Assembly: GCF_009914755.1 (NCBI RefSeq)
Contig: NC_060944.1
DNA length: 64,000 nt
Source of the DNA: the human T2T-CHM13v2.0 reference genome, Homo sapiens
Strand: one strand, 5' to 3'
Shown here: positions 14,881-30,412 of the stretch, piece by piece
How the letters are laid out: the number at the start of each line of letters is the position of its first letter
Position numbering within the stretch: position 1 is the first letter of the stretch
Made by a program: the position numbers and the translations under genes
The notes under the pieces: generated by a model
The model's database searches: none
What the model was told of the DNA's origin: nothing
The model's input: the letters and a program-made list of their open reading frames with translations, nothing else

Positions 14881-15286
14881 CTTGAATAACACAAATGGAC
14901 TGTCTTTAGAGGCGAGGGACCAGGCTAGTAAGGCCTGCAAGAGGGTGGCATGGCAGCTGAAAGGAGGGTGCTGGGGTTACTGTGGGCCTCGGTGTAGCTT
15001 CTGCTCAGACAGGAATTGTCTGTGGGGCTCTGGGCAGGTGGTGCAAGCTCTCTGAACCTTGGTGTCCTCATCTGAAGAAGGGGGTCGGATGATACTTACT
15101 TCACAGTTGTGTTGTGAGGATTAAGTGGGATAATTTCTGTAAAGTACTTGGCACATGATAAGCACCTAATAAATCTTAATTATATATAAATATTCTATCA
15201 ATATTGAATGCTAGCACTATCTACCTCTCTAAACACACACACACACACACATTAATCCACATATCTAAAAGAGTGGACTGGTTTTC

Positions 15287-16339
15287 CTTTCCTTTTTAAA
15301 AAAATTTTTAGAAACCGATGTTTATTTTCTGTCAACCTTATTTCCATGTTGTTTAAGAGCCTGTGCAAGAACAGTGTAAGGCCATTCAGTGGTTGGTCCT
15401 ACCCATTCGGTGGCCTGAGCAGGGGGAGCTGCAGACCAGTCTTCCGTGGCAGGCTGAGCACTCCAGTCTTGGGTAGGGAACTGCTGAATAGGCCCAGAGG
15501 GCACCTGCACACTGTCAGACCAGTCTGCAACCTCAGGCCAAGTAGCAGTGAACTCAGGAGCTGGAGCAGTGTTCATTCACCCTGAAATTCCTCCTTGGTC
15601 AAAGCCTTGTCAGCAGCAGCCTGCTCTTCTTTTTCAATCTCTTCAGGATCGCTGTAGAAGTAGAGATCAGGCATGACCTCCCACCAGTGTTTGCGGGCAA
15701 TTGTGCCGCTGCATGGGCAGAATTTCCCGGGCCAGCATCCACATCAAGTCCACTGAGTGAGCTTCCTGTTGCATGGGATGGCAATGTCCACATGGTGCAG
15801 AGGAGAATCTGTGTGACACAGAGCAATGGTAGGTAGGTTATAACATAAGATGCCTCTGCGAGAGGCTGGTGGCCGGTCCTGCAATCAGTAACCACAAGAA
15901 CCCGTGGATTCGGGAATGTTGCCTGGATCTGGTTAGTGAAGGTTCCAGGAGTGAAGTGGCCAGCAATAGGAGTGGCTCCAGTGGCAGCAGCACACTTCAG
16001 CATGGCCCTCTGGCCAGTGCTACTGGAGGATATGACACTGACATCAGCAGGGTTTTCAATGGCAACGATGGCAGGAGCCACCAGCAGAAGCTTCTCCCAG
16101 CTCCTCTTTAGATTTATGATGTAGATGCCACCACTTTTCCTCTTACAGATGTGCTGTTCCATTCGGAAGTCAAGGTCGGTGCCACCTAAGTGGGTTCCTG
16201 CTGCAAGGAACTTAAGGACATCCTCCTCTTTCATTTGCAGGACATCAAGGGCTGTGGACATTGTGAAAGTTTCCCTTTAAGTTATGACGGGAATCCAGAA
16301 CCACACTGTATGGACCCCTCTGTGGGTAGCAGGGAAAGC
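15287..16339 (-). pseudogene. RPSAP: Processed pseudogene of 40S ribosomal protein SA (RPSA / uS2 / 37-67 kDa laminin receptor)
   Basis: ORF 16261->15599 begins [27 protein letters not shown]; 118/140 identical to recalled human RPSA before a +2 frameshift at ~15841. C-terminal TEDWSA repeats lie in ORF 15576->15322. Intronless, with 5'UTR, AATAAA (+ strand TTTATT 15321-15326), degenerate A tail, and TSD GAGTGGACTGGTTTTC (15271-15286) / GAGTAGACTTGTTTTC (16340-16355). Locus number not determinable. Confidence 0.97.
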
Positions 16340-17453
16340 GAGTAGACTTGTTTTCTAAAACTCCCGAGGATGGACTCCTTGGGACAGCATCACAGCATCA
16401 CAGGGGACCAATGTCCACCCCAAATTAAGAAAAATCTTCTAGCTTTCCACAGGTAAAAATGGGAGCCCCATCCCTGGAAGTATTCCAGTAGCTTGTGGGT
16501 AAACAGATGGCAGAGGTATGGGAGGTGATATCTGAGAGTCAGATGATTGGGTTGACCTAGCCAGTGGCATCCCCTTCAGTCCCCACATTGAAGCCATTGG
16601 CAAAGGGGATGAGAAGCTGGCTCAGGATCAGGCAACCTGGGGCCTTGCAGCAGCTCTGCCGCTTTCCTAGCAGGTGGGATGCTGGCAGACCTCTCTCCTC
16701 TCAGTCCCAGTATTCACAGGGCTAAAATAATTTCTGCTGTACAGTTGTAAGAATTGGAAATAATGCAATCTAGCTCCCACTCTATTAGTGTTTTTGTTCT
16801 GAAAATAGCAGAGCTAGGACTTGAGCAAATATTCCTCCATTCATTCATCTGTGCCTGCATTCATTCACTAGACAAATATCTATGGAGCAGCGTGCCCAGC
16901 TTCTGTAACAGGCAGGGCCCCTGGAAGGCTCCCAAGCCCCACAGACCTGCTGTCGAGGGTCTGCAGAATCCTAATCCCACTGTCAGGCTTTATTGTCGTG
17001 TTCTGCACAGGCACCAAAGGGCAGTGCTCAGTGATGATGAAGCTAGGCTCCTTGCCAGAAAGACAGCAGGAAGTTTTGCTGCAACGTGCATGCTTCCTTG
17101 AACACAAGGAGGGAAATAAGAAAACCCCCATGGCCAGTTTCATGATGGGGGGAGTTATTCCGGCCATGCTAAGATAATGTGCCGGGATAAAGGGCATCTC
17201 AGCTCTCCCTGCCTCTTCCCTCCTCCCCCTCCAATTCCCGAGCTGTGAAGGTGGCAGGAGGAAGAGAGCTTGAAACCACGGGGACCCGGCTTGGGAGGGA
17301 CTGTTCCTTCTGGACTTTCTGCCTCCCTAAGTCTACTTCTATCTCAGCTCCAGCTCAGCTTCAGGTCTCTGTCACAGATGTCCCCAACCTTGGCCCATTT
17401 TCCCCATCCAGCAAACACAGTCACACTTTGACCGGGGTCTTACCCCTGCGTTA

Positions 17454-18080
<627 letters not shown>

Positions 18081-18177
18081 ATACTATGTTGTTAATTATA
18101 ATAACAGATGTTATATTTTATAATTATATTTTATATCTTGTAATAAAATATATTATTATGTGTAATTATGACTATAT

Positions 18178-18496
<319 letters not shown>

Positions 18497-18787
18497 TTAT
18501 TATTATATAATACCATAATAATAAATAATAATGAATACATATTAATAATTGATACATATTAAAGGTGAGTGTTTAGCAGTTTTTAAAGTTAGGAATGCAT
18601 GATCAAAGAATTCAGAGCCAACCATCAAAGACCAGGAGCAATGGCTATTTATTCCTTGTCTCAGGGTTCTCTGAGCAGAGCTTGCTCCTGGCTGGGGTTC
18701 TTAAGTGTTTGTGAAATGAATGAATCAAGAAATCGGACTCCTAGTCTTTTGGCAGGCTGGAAGCAACTTGAAAGTTCATATGTGTTG

Positions 18788-19698
18788 TGTCAACTGAAAA
18801 AAAAATCACAAATTTATAAATTTAGAAGGGAGACTATTTCTTATAAAGGATTATAGCCTGGAAGGTGGCCATTCTGCCAGAATGGGAAGCATCGCCTCTG
18901 GAGGAGGCCGTTAGTAGGCACTTTGAGGGAGGGAAAGATGAGACAGGAATTCATGAATGGGTTGGCCAAGTAGATATATTCAATGGGTTACAGGAGGAGC
19001 TATGAATATTCATGAAAGGGGTTCTGATGTATGCATGAACAAACGTGTGTTACGTGTGGCCTGTGTTCTCTTTGGGAAGGAGACATTGTTTAAATGCATT
19101 CTAGTTAGGCTCTATAGGTCAAAAGGTGAAGCAGGGCCGTGAAGGCACTCAGTGTGCAGCCTCTATAAACTGGCCAGAACCTGTTTACGGCTGTCAGTCT
19201 CTTATCAGGAGGAAGTTAATGAAATCAGTTTCTGTCCCATTAAAGCTGAAGATGTGGCTTGTGGAACAGGGGGCAGTTAGTCAGCATAAGGCGTAAGTTG
19301 CAATTGTTTAGTGTTGCTGATCTTGAGGTCAGTGCTTGTTTAGATGCTAGAGAAAAAGAGAAACCTTGTGGTCGTTACCTGACAACAGTAGTTTCTTTAA
19401 GGATGGGGATGTGTGACTTAACCCTTGTTTGGCATGGCCTTAGATCCTGTTTAAAATTTGGTATCTTATTGCCACAAAGAGTCCATTCTATCAGTCTTAT
19501 GATCTCTATGTTCACATTAGTGTTGGTCAGTTATTGTGTCTGAGCCACAAAAGGGAAGGGGTTTATAACAGGGTGAGTCTGACCTCCTGTCCCGTGTTGG
19601 CCCAGAACTCAGTTTTTATGGTTTCTCTGAGGTTCTCTTGGCCAAGAGGGGGTCCATTCAGTTGGTTGGGGGGCTTAGGATTTTATTTTTAGTTCTCA
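18788..19698 (-). mobile_element. MER4-group ERV1 solo LTR (MER49/MER4D/E-like)
   Basis: Minus strand starts TGAGAACTAAAAATAAAATCCTAAGCCCCCC and ends GTTGACA; 911 bp; perfect 4-bp TSD GTTG (18784-18787, 19699-19702). Confidence 0.88.
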
Positions 19699-19917
19699 GT
19701 TGAGATGGAATAATACATCTTACCTCAATTCAAAAAACAACGATCAGTGGTCATTGTCTGTGGGCTATGTTCCACATCTGAGGATTAGGGGTTCAGAAGC
19801 CATGTGTCCCTTCCTTCTAGGAGCTCGTGGTATAGCAGGGACGGGAAGACAATGTACACACATGACTCTAACAGTTAAAAGTCACAGACAAGGGAATGTA
19901 CTCGAATTCTCTTTTAT

Positions 19918-20246
<329 letters not shown>

Positions 20247-20784
20247 AATTCTCCTTTTATATGAAGACTCTGTCTGATCATTAATATTTATTTCTCAACC
20301 TTGTATAGTGAAGGTAAGGAACTGGCAAAGTATTTCTGAACCTTTGGTCATTTGAGTGTTCCATTTATAATTTTTGCCCTATTTGCATAAGATTATTTGC
20401 ATTCAAATGATATTTCCCTTTAAATTGACTTTTTACCTAAATAAGTTTAGGTAAAAAGGAAATTATATTATCACCATGGTTGAAAAATCAGTATTGCTTG
20501 CTCTAAAGAGAAAGTAAAAGTAAAAATAAACAATAACAAGAGCTAATATCGATTTAACACTGCATCCATGTAATGTTCTAAGCACTCACTTCATGCTCAT
20601 AACAACCTGCTGAGGCAGGTGCTGTTATTATTCCCACTTTACAGAGGGGAAGGCTGAAGCTCAAAGAAGCAAGGCAACTCTCAGGGGTCACAGAAGTGAT
20701 AAACTGAGGAGTTGGAATTCCAGAGTCCAAGCTGGTGATGAGCACCGTGAACTCCTCTTCTCTGGCCACCACCCTACTCTACAA

Positions 20785-21148
20785 CAAAGTCTATAAATTA
20801 TGGCCATGGCCAGATCCAGCTCGCCACCTGTTTCTCTGCTGTTCCCAAGGTAAGAAAGATGTTTTCATTTTTAAATGGTTGGGAAGAAAATCAAAGGAAG
20901 AATAATATTTCATGATATGTGAAGAATACTTCAAATTTCAGTACCCATAAATAAAGGTGTATTGCAACACAACCACACTCATACTTTATGACATTTTGTC
21001 TATAAACTTTATGACTTTTTGTCTATAAACTTTATGACTTTTTATCTATGGCTGCCTTTGCCTTTAATTGTGACAGAGACCACGCGGCATACAGAGTCTG
21101 AAATAGTCTCTCTCTGGCCCTTTGCAGGAAGTATTTGCTGACTCCTGA
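20785..21148 (+). mobile_element. MER58B-like hAT-Charlie MITE with a small internal ~24-bp tandem repeat
   Basis: GGCCAGATCCAGCTCGCCACCTGTTT...TGGCCCTTTGCAGGAAGTATTTGCTGACTCCTG; TTTATGAC.TTTTGTCTATAAAC repeated ~3 times at ~20985-21050. Confidence 0.7.
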
Positions 21149-21364
21149 TCTATAAGGAAAATTCTAGCCGGGCAGTGTGGCCACTGACCTAAGGCCTATT
21201 GTTTCAAAAGGAAGTGTTAAAGAACTAGTAACACCAAACAGAGACTCCTTCATTGATGTAATGGGAAAGATGAATTGAAAAGGGAATATCTTTCTCAATA
21301 GGTGGATTTAAAGATTTTGTTACTAATTGCTGGGCTCTTGTACTCTTAGAAACATCTCATGGTG

Positions 21365-22047
<683 letters not shown>

Positions 22048-22654
22048 TCAAACTGTCTATATTCCTGAGAGCTGGGTCATTATTTCTTCCAGCACAGTAA
22101 GATACTGTGAATGAAGTAGTTCAAGGGCCTGGCTAAAACCTTCTCCATCCTGCCTAGTGCTAAAGGGTCTATTTTCTTTCCTGGCTTCATTTAAACTGTG
22201 AGTTTCAGATTTTACTCTTCAATGTGGCCAGGAAATAGCGCCTTTGGTGCAACAAGTTGAATCTGCCCAGCTGTGGCATGTATTGAAATGCATCTTCATT
22301 ACTGAAAATCTAATTTGTTTCTCAAAATCTTCGCTGGAAATATTGAACTGGAGCAGAGAATTAAATTAGCTCAAATTCAAATGTGGTTTGCTGTCATTCG
22401 AGCAAAATTGGTCTCTCTCCTGAATTTCTACAACTTCCTGTCCATTATTTTGGTGGACTTTCCTGAGGAAAGTGGTAATTTGCTGAAATCAAAACATAAT
22501 AAAAATGGCCCCCATTTTCTAGGATCTTAAGCAGGTGGAACTGACTTTATTCAAATCCCAGAGGAAAGATGAGACACAGACTTCCGTTCTCTGAGCTGGC
22601 CACTGTGTTGGACAGGGGACACTATCAGGAGTTATACTGTTTTCTTACAACAGT

Positions 22655-23295
<641 letters not shown>

Positions 23296-23514
23296 CTCCT
23301 CCTTGTCTTTTAAACAAGCACAAATCGAACTTAACATCTGTGCTGCCTGTTTCTCCTCACATGTCCCCCAAGGCCCTGAAAAGTTGGCCTGCCCATCTCT
23401 CTAGCCACAGAAAAGTTTAGCAACTTGCTTAAGGTCACTCAGTAGGACATGTGAGAAGCTGGAATTTGAATACAGGTTTAGCTGACTCCTGAGCCTGGGC
23501 TCTGGGGACGTTAG

Positions 23515-24072
<558 letters not shown>

Positions 24073-24149
24073 TGTTTTCTTAAAGGGCCTGAAAGAAATT
24101 TTCACCTTAGCTGGCTACCTACAGTTTCTGTTGCGACTTACCCCACGAT

Positions 24150-24285
24150 TCAGCTCTACCCTTGCAGCAGGAAAGCAGCCCGAGGCAATAAGTAAATGGA
24201 ATGAATATGGCAGTGCTCTAAAAAATGTATTTACGAAAAAATGAGCATTGGCCGGATTTGGCTCAGAGCCTAGAGTTTGCTGATT
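24150..24285 (-). mobile_element. MER58A-like fragment
   Basis: TCAGCTCTACCCTTGCAGCAGGAAAGCAGCC...GGCCGGATTTGGCTCAGAGCCTAGAGTTTGCTGA. Confidence 0.65.
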
Positions 24286-25709
24286 CTTTTACGGTAGATG
24301 GGAATTGGACAGGTAAGTAGGAATGGGAGTATTATGAGGATGTTGCTAATAATAATTATAAATAATTATCATCAAACAAAATAACTTAAACATGCCCTGG
24401 GGAATAGGGAGAGCCCACCTGATCTCTAATTACACAACACACGCAGACGAGATCCAAATTCATTTCCTGAGTATTGTGTTTTCTCTCCAAAAATCTCAAA
24501 GCAGCATTTGTACTAGACGAAATTTAATTTGAACCACAAAGAGATCTATGCTTATACAACTAACTGCCTGGTTTAGCCCACGGTTAATTGAAATCATTGG
24601 AGAATTGTTTGAAAGTGGATTTTGTTCTCCTCCAATCTGGGGCCCAGACCCTATTCTTGTCATTGTAATCAAGTCCTATGGTTCTATTGCTTCGGAGAGC
24701 ATCTGTCAGTAACTGAGTGGATATTTAATTCCATTTGCCATTTGGGGTAATTTTCTTGAGAGCTGAGATCAGCCATTCTATCACCAAGGGTAATTGTCTT
24801 TAATTAAAGGTCTCAGTAAAAATAGGTTAGCCTGCCATCCAGAAAACCTCTTTGCTTTTCTTTATTGAAAGTATCCCAAATGTGAATAGAAATATTTGGT
24901 TTTTTCCTTGCCTTTAGTACCTGCTTCAAAATAATACTCTCCTTTCTAGAGCAGATTTTGGAATGGGATAGATCCAGGTTTAAATTCAAATTTAGTTATT
25001 TACCTATTATTTGGGTGACTTGAGGACAATCCGTTTTAACCCCTCAAAGTTTTAGGTTCCTTACCCACAAAATGGGAATGCTGGTGCCTAACTCCTTCTC
25101 ACTTACTCCATCTCCCCACCTCCATAATAAAGATAATCACAAACATTTACAGAATGCGCCTATGTGGCAGGCACCTTGGAGAAAATGTTACAGTTATCAT
25201 TTTGTTCAATTACCACACAACACTACAAGGATGACATTATTATTATCTCCATTTTAAAGATGGGAAAACTGACACACAGAAAGGCAAAGGACCCCATTAA
25301 AGTCACACGGCGAGTGAATGTCAAAGCCAGGACCTGCAGAGGCTATGATGGGGGAGAGCACTTGGAGGAGATGGGAAGGAATCGTTGCAGGGACAGGTCT
25401 CACCCTCACTAGTGCTCACTCCATTACTTGCCGAATACATTGGGAGAAACACGCCCCTTCTCTTGACCCGGCTCTTTTCCACAAGGTGAGCTTCTGGCTC
25501 CTCAGCCAATTGATATTTCTCTGTTTTGTTCACTTCCATGTGGCCGACATGGTGAGACTGGGCCTGTGTGTGCCTCATGCTTGGGAGGTGCCTCCTAAAC
25601 CTTGGAAGTCCCTACAGGATCAGGGGAGGGCTCAGACAGAAGGAAAATAGGGCATGGGCTGCTCTAGACTTTATAGGAAAAGCAAAGGTGTTCTCAAGGG
25701 TCCCATGGC

Positions 25710-26290
25710 ATATCAGTTAGGATATGTTTAGCTGCAAGTTACAATGTAATGAACTAACAGTGACCTAAGCAATCAGTAAAGGAGTTTGGAGGTGGGTTAC
25801 TCCAGGGTTGGCTTGGTGGCTTCACTGTGTCACCAAGGACCAAAGCTCTTTCTGTCCCTCGGGCCCACCCTGCTGAATCTGTTGACTTTTCATCCTTAGG
25901 TTTGTGCCTTGGTCACAGAATGGCTGCCACAGCTCCGAGCATCCCATCCTTAAACAACCTCATTCAAGGCAGAATATAGGAGAAGGTCTCCTCCCTATTG
26001 CTACTTTTATCAGGGAGTGCAAACCTTCCAAGGAACAAAAACCTCACCACATCTCCTCTTAATGTCTCCTTGTTCAGAACAGGGCCATAAATCTTAAACC
26101 AATCAAACCAAGCTAAGGGGAGTAAAATGACTATGCTGGGGACCATCTAGTGTCATTCTTTTGGGTTGGGTTGGGGAGGGGCTCACCTTCCCTGTACATG
26201 ATGGGCCCAGGACAAAATTGAGGCCCTGTAATCTTAAGCAAGAAGAGGAGGGACCACATGTTGAGTGGGTAGGAACCACCTCTGCCACCA
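25710..26290 (-). mobile_element. MLT1-family (ERVL-MaLR) LTR
   Basis: TATCAGTTAGGAT...GCTGCAAGT...TGTCACCAAGGACC...ATGGCTGCCACAGCTCC. Confidence 0.7.
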
Positions 26291-26634
26291 AGAGGGCCAT
26301 GGTGATAAGCAGATTAGAAGCAGATCAGTCAGTTTCCTCCTCTTGCATGGACCTAAAATAAGATGCCCTGACTCCCTGGATTAGACCCCACCCAGGGAAA
26401 GAGACTGAAGTCCCAACTTATAGCTGAGTCCTCTAGGCTACATATACTTCAGCTGACTGTGCCTCAGTTTCTCACCTGTAAAACTGGGATGACATAGTAC
26501 CTGCCTCATAGAGTTGCTGCAAGGATTAAATAAGTTAACCCACTTACAATGCTTAGAGCTGTGCTTAGCAGGAGATGCATACAGTATGAATATTGTCCAC
26601 TATGTTTATCGGGGCCAGGTTGGTATCCAAGATA

Positions 26635-27020
26635 ACTGACCGTCTCAGTTCATCTGGGACCGAGAGGGCTCCCAGGACATGAGACTTTCAGTGTTAAGGC
26701 CAGAACCACCTGGGGCCAACCCAAGATGAGTTGGTTACTCCATGGGAAACACACATGAGCAAAGCAGGGGTAGGGATTGAGGCAAACTGCAGAGCCTGTG
26801 CCCCAGTCATTTGGTTCCATCTGGTTGTTGCCATATTGTCGGCCCAGTGTGTTCAGATCTGATTTTTCCAGGAGAAGCCTGACAGCTGGATTTTTATGTT
26901 AAATCTCTGAATTTTTACATATTTTTAACATTAAAAAGCAAAACAACAAAACACTGCGTGATCCAAACAAAACACTTATGCCGACCAGTGTGGGCCCTCG
27001 GGCTGCCATTTTACAACTTT
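26635..27020. mobile_element. MER94-like and MER103C-like hAT fragments
   Basis: GGGACCGAGAGGGCTCCCAGGACATGAGACTTTCAGTG; GATTTTTCCAGGAGAAGCC...GGATTTTTATGTTAAATCTC...CCAAACAAAACAC. Confidence 0.6.
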
Positions 27021-27511
27021 TTCCTCACTCTTCTCAGCCCCTCTCACTTACATAATGGATGGGATGTTTCTTGGTTTGGCTACATACATTATTTCCTGCC
27101 TTCCCAGAGTGGCTCCCTAATTCAATCTTATTTGTTTCTGCAGGAAGTACGGGACGGAAATTAAAGAAGAAAGTGGTTCCACAGGTTTGGTGGCTACAAA
27201 AAGATTTCCTCGATAAACACTGCCCACAGTCACTCATTTGTGAAAGCTGCATGATGTGAAATTAAACTCGGGCAGAGGTGCTGTGGGTGATGATGTCTCG
27301 GTGGCTTGGGGAAATGAAAGCCATTCATCTCAGGCAAATGTGACAGGCAGGACCATTGGCTTTCCGTCACCTATGGGCTGCCTTCTCATGGCAGTGGCCT
27401 ATGCAGGCCTTACGTTTTTGCAGCAAATTTGTAATGAACCAATCAGTGGCCTTCATGTCAGGCAATCTAGGAAGGTTTTGGAAGTGGGACTACTTGCCCC
27501 ACTGTTGGTGA

Positions 27512-27915
<404 letters not shown>

Positions 27916-29894
27916 GAGCTCATAGAAAACGTCTTGTGAATGCTTAAACGCACCTGGCTCCTTTTATAAACTTCTTTCCACTTCTCTTGAGTCCCATGTG
28001 AAAGTTTTCACTGCCCCCACCGGCTCCTCACCTTCTCCTTCAGAGTCTCACATGCATCTCTTTCAGTCTCAAGAGGTGCTAGAAAAAATGCTGGATTCCT
28101 TAAAGGAGTGTTTATGTTGGAAACCAGCATCACTAGGAAATGGCTGGTCCTGACCCCAAGCAACTTATCTCTGGCGGAGGTCGGAGAGGCTGGTACCCGT
28201 CTGCTCCCGACTGACCCTCATTCCTTCCTGGTTGGGTGGTAGGAACTAACAGGCCAGGCCCCTTGGTGTGGGTTTCTGGCTTCCTAGGTTCCCTGAGGTC
28301 ACATCTTTTTTCTCATCATCATCTGTCTGTTCCCAGTGAAGGAGAACTGCTTCAGGACACTGTTTCTCAAATTTCACTTCTTTGCACACAACCTTCATGG
28401 TTTTTGCTCCAGCTATGTACAATTAAAGCTACTATTAACTTAATATTTTTGTTGACATAAAAGTTTACTTAAACTTATGTCACTAAGGTAAATGGAAAGC
28501 CAATATAATGTTCTATAAATAGACTTTACAAGTAAAGAGAAATATAGTGAATCATGTTATTGTCTGCTAGCTGATACTTGTGCCTAAGAAGGCTCTTAAC
28601 CCGAGAACTGCCCGTCTTTTGTTAAAAAGGAAGATGGACATGTGTTGGAGAAGGGTTAAGGACCTCCTAGCACCATCCTGAGCCTTTCTCCTTGATTTAA
28701 TTGAATGGACTGAATGAGGATAGAAAAAGAGTCACTTACTCTGGGATTCAATGCTGTTTCAAGCGGTGGCCCCTCTACCATCCAAAGTCACTTGGGGTCA
28801 CACGCTTTGGGAGACACCATTCCAGTAGATATTGTATCTTCAGGCCCAGCTTGTTCTGGCCTGGAGATCCTCTATAAGGGGTCCCCAAATTGGGCCACCC
28901 TTGAACTAGGAATTCCAGGTCTTGGGCAATTATTAGTGCTGGAGCCACTGTTGCTTAGTGCATATTTTCCCAGTAGACATTGGCCTTAGAGTTAAATTAA
29001 AACTCCAGGATGGGATCTAGAAATGAGCTCATATCAGTCTTCTCCCAGGGGGTCTTATGAGTGTTAAAGTCTGTGGGACCTTTCATCCCCACCTTAGCTT
29101 CTTGTCAGCCCCACACGGACTTTGAAGGAAGAGGATGGTCTTCCCAACCCCCACAGCATCCTCCATGGACACAGCAAGCAACTCTGCAGGGTGTGCATTC
29201 ACTTAACACATATTAAGTGTGTGCCAAGTGCCAGACATTGTGACAGCTATGGCAGGGCCGGGGGCAGGGGTCCTAGAAAGAGGAGGAGAGCATGGATGCA
29301 AAGCCCAACCCAGACTTTGAGGCGATTGTTTTTTAAGGCTGTTTTTAGCACTTGAAGGTACATGTCTACCTCCAAAAACTTTTCATAAACAAATGGGAAG
29401 GTTTTGCTTTCGGCAATGGCAGCTAACTTGTTTTGGACAAATCTTCCTGCTGAGAACAACTAGAAAACCTGGGCGTAAAAAACAAAATCTGATCAAAGGC
29501 TTTGGAAAGCTACCAAAGGCAACCAGGATTCAAGGGGCCAAGATCCCAGAAAGAAAAGAAACCGTTAACGCTGAGTCTGATATTTCAAACCACTTTTCCC
29601 CCTAAGGCATTCATTGATTTGAAGGCAGATTTATGGAGCTAGGGCAAAAAATACGGGCATTCAGAGACAGCCACAGAAGGAGGGCCCTGGTAAACACCCT
29701 AGGATTGATTTAGGACCCCGGAGAGCTGCTCCTTAGCAGTAAGGGAGAGCTAGAAACAGACCGTCCTTCAGAAGGACTGAAGCTCGGCTCTGAGCCATTA
29801 AAATCCATGATTGAATCAGGTTCATCTTTTCCTAACCTAACTGCCTGTTAGAAGCAAAATATACCCTCTTTGGAAAGAGACTGGAAGTTTTTTC

Positions 29895-30412
29895 CATCCC
29901 TCCTCATATTTTACTGCTCTGTATTTTATTCCAGCCACTGTTGCCGCAACTAATTTTGTGCAGCTGTAACTCAACATCACCTGCCTCAGCCTTTGCTATC
30001 TCTAACTTCCCATGTCAGGGCTACTCTGACGCCTCTGTCCATGGGAATCTACCTTTCCATCACGCACATGCATCCTGGAAGTGAAATGGAATTAACCACC
30101 CATAAGCAACCCTTGACCAATGGGGAATGTGAGCTGGGGAATAAATGCTTCTTTCTTCCATTCTTTAGGCAGGACATTTTGAGACGCAATTAGATTTTTG
30201 TTGTTGTTGTTTACGAGGTCTTAGCTTGGATCAACCCCCAGTTACCCCCAGTAATGACCGATTCAAGAGTGTACTCATGAATTGGCTTTCTCTCTTTCCC
30301 TGTCACATTCTTCTCAGAATCCCACTCCTGTGTGCTTGGATTACTAACAAAATTAACCTGCACACAAATCAAGGTCTCAGGTTCTCCTTTCTGGAGGAAT
30401 CCAGGCTAAGAC
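29895..30412 (+). mobile_element. LTR16-family ERVL LTR nested in the L1
   Basis: GCAACCCTTGACCAATGGGG...ATAAATGCTTC...CTGCACACAAATC...TCTCAGGTTCTCCTTTCTGGAGGAATCCAGGCTAAGAC. Confidence 0.75.

Noticed and set aside
15599-16261. 220-aa RPSA-like ORF as a functional retrogene
   Set aside because: Frameshift after codon 140, several more indels, an in-frame stop in the original frame, and 22 substitutions in 140 residues of a nearly invariant protein.
24310-24318. Perfect splice donor CAG|GTAAGT
   Set aside because: A 9-mer is expected about 0.5 times by chance in 128 kb of both strands, and no matching coding exon or acceptor is evident.
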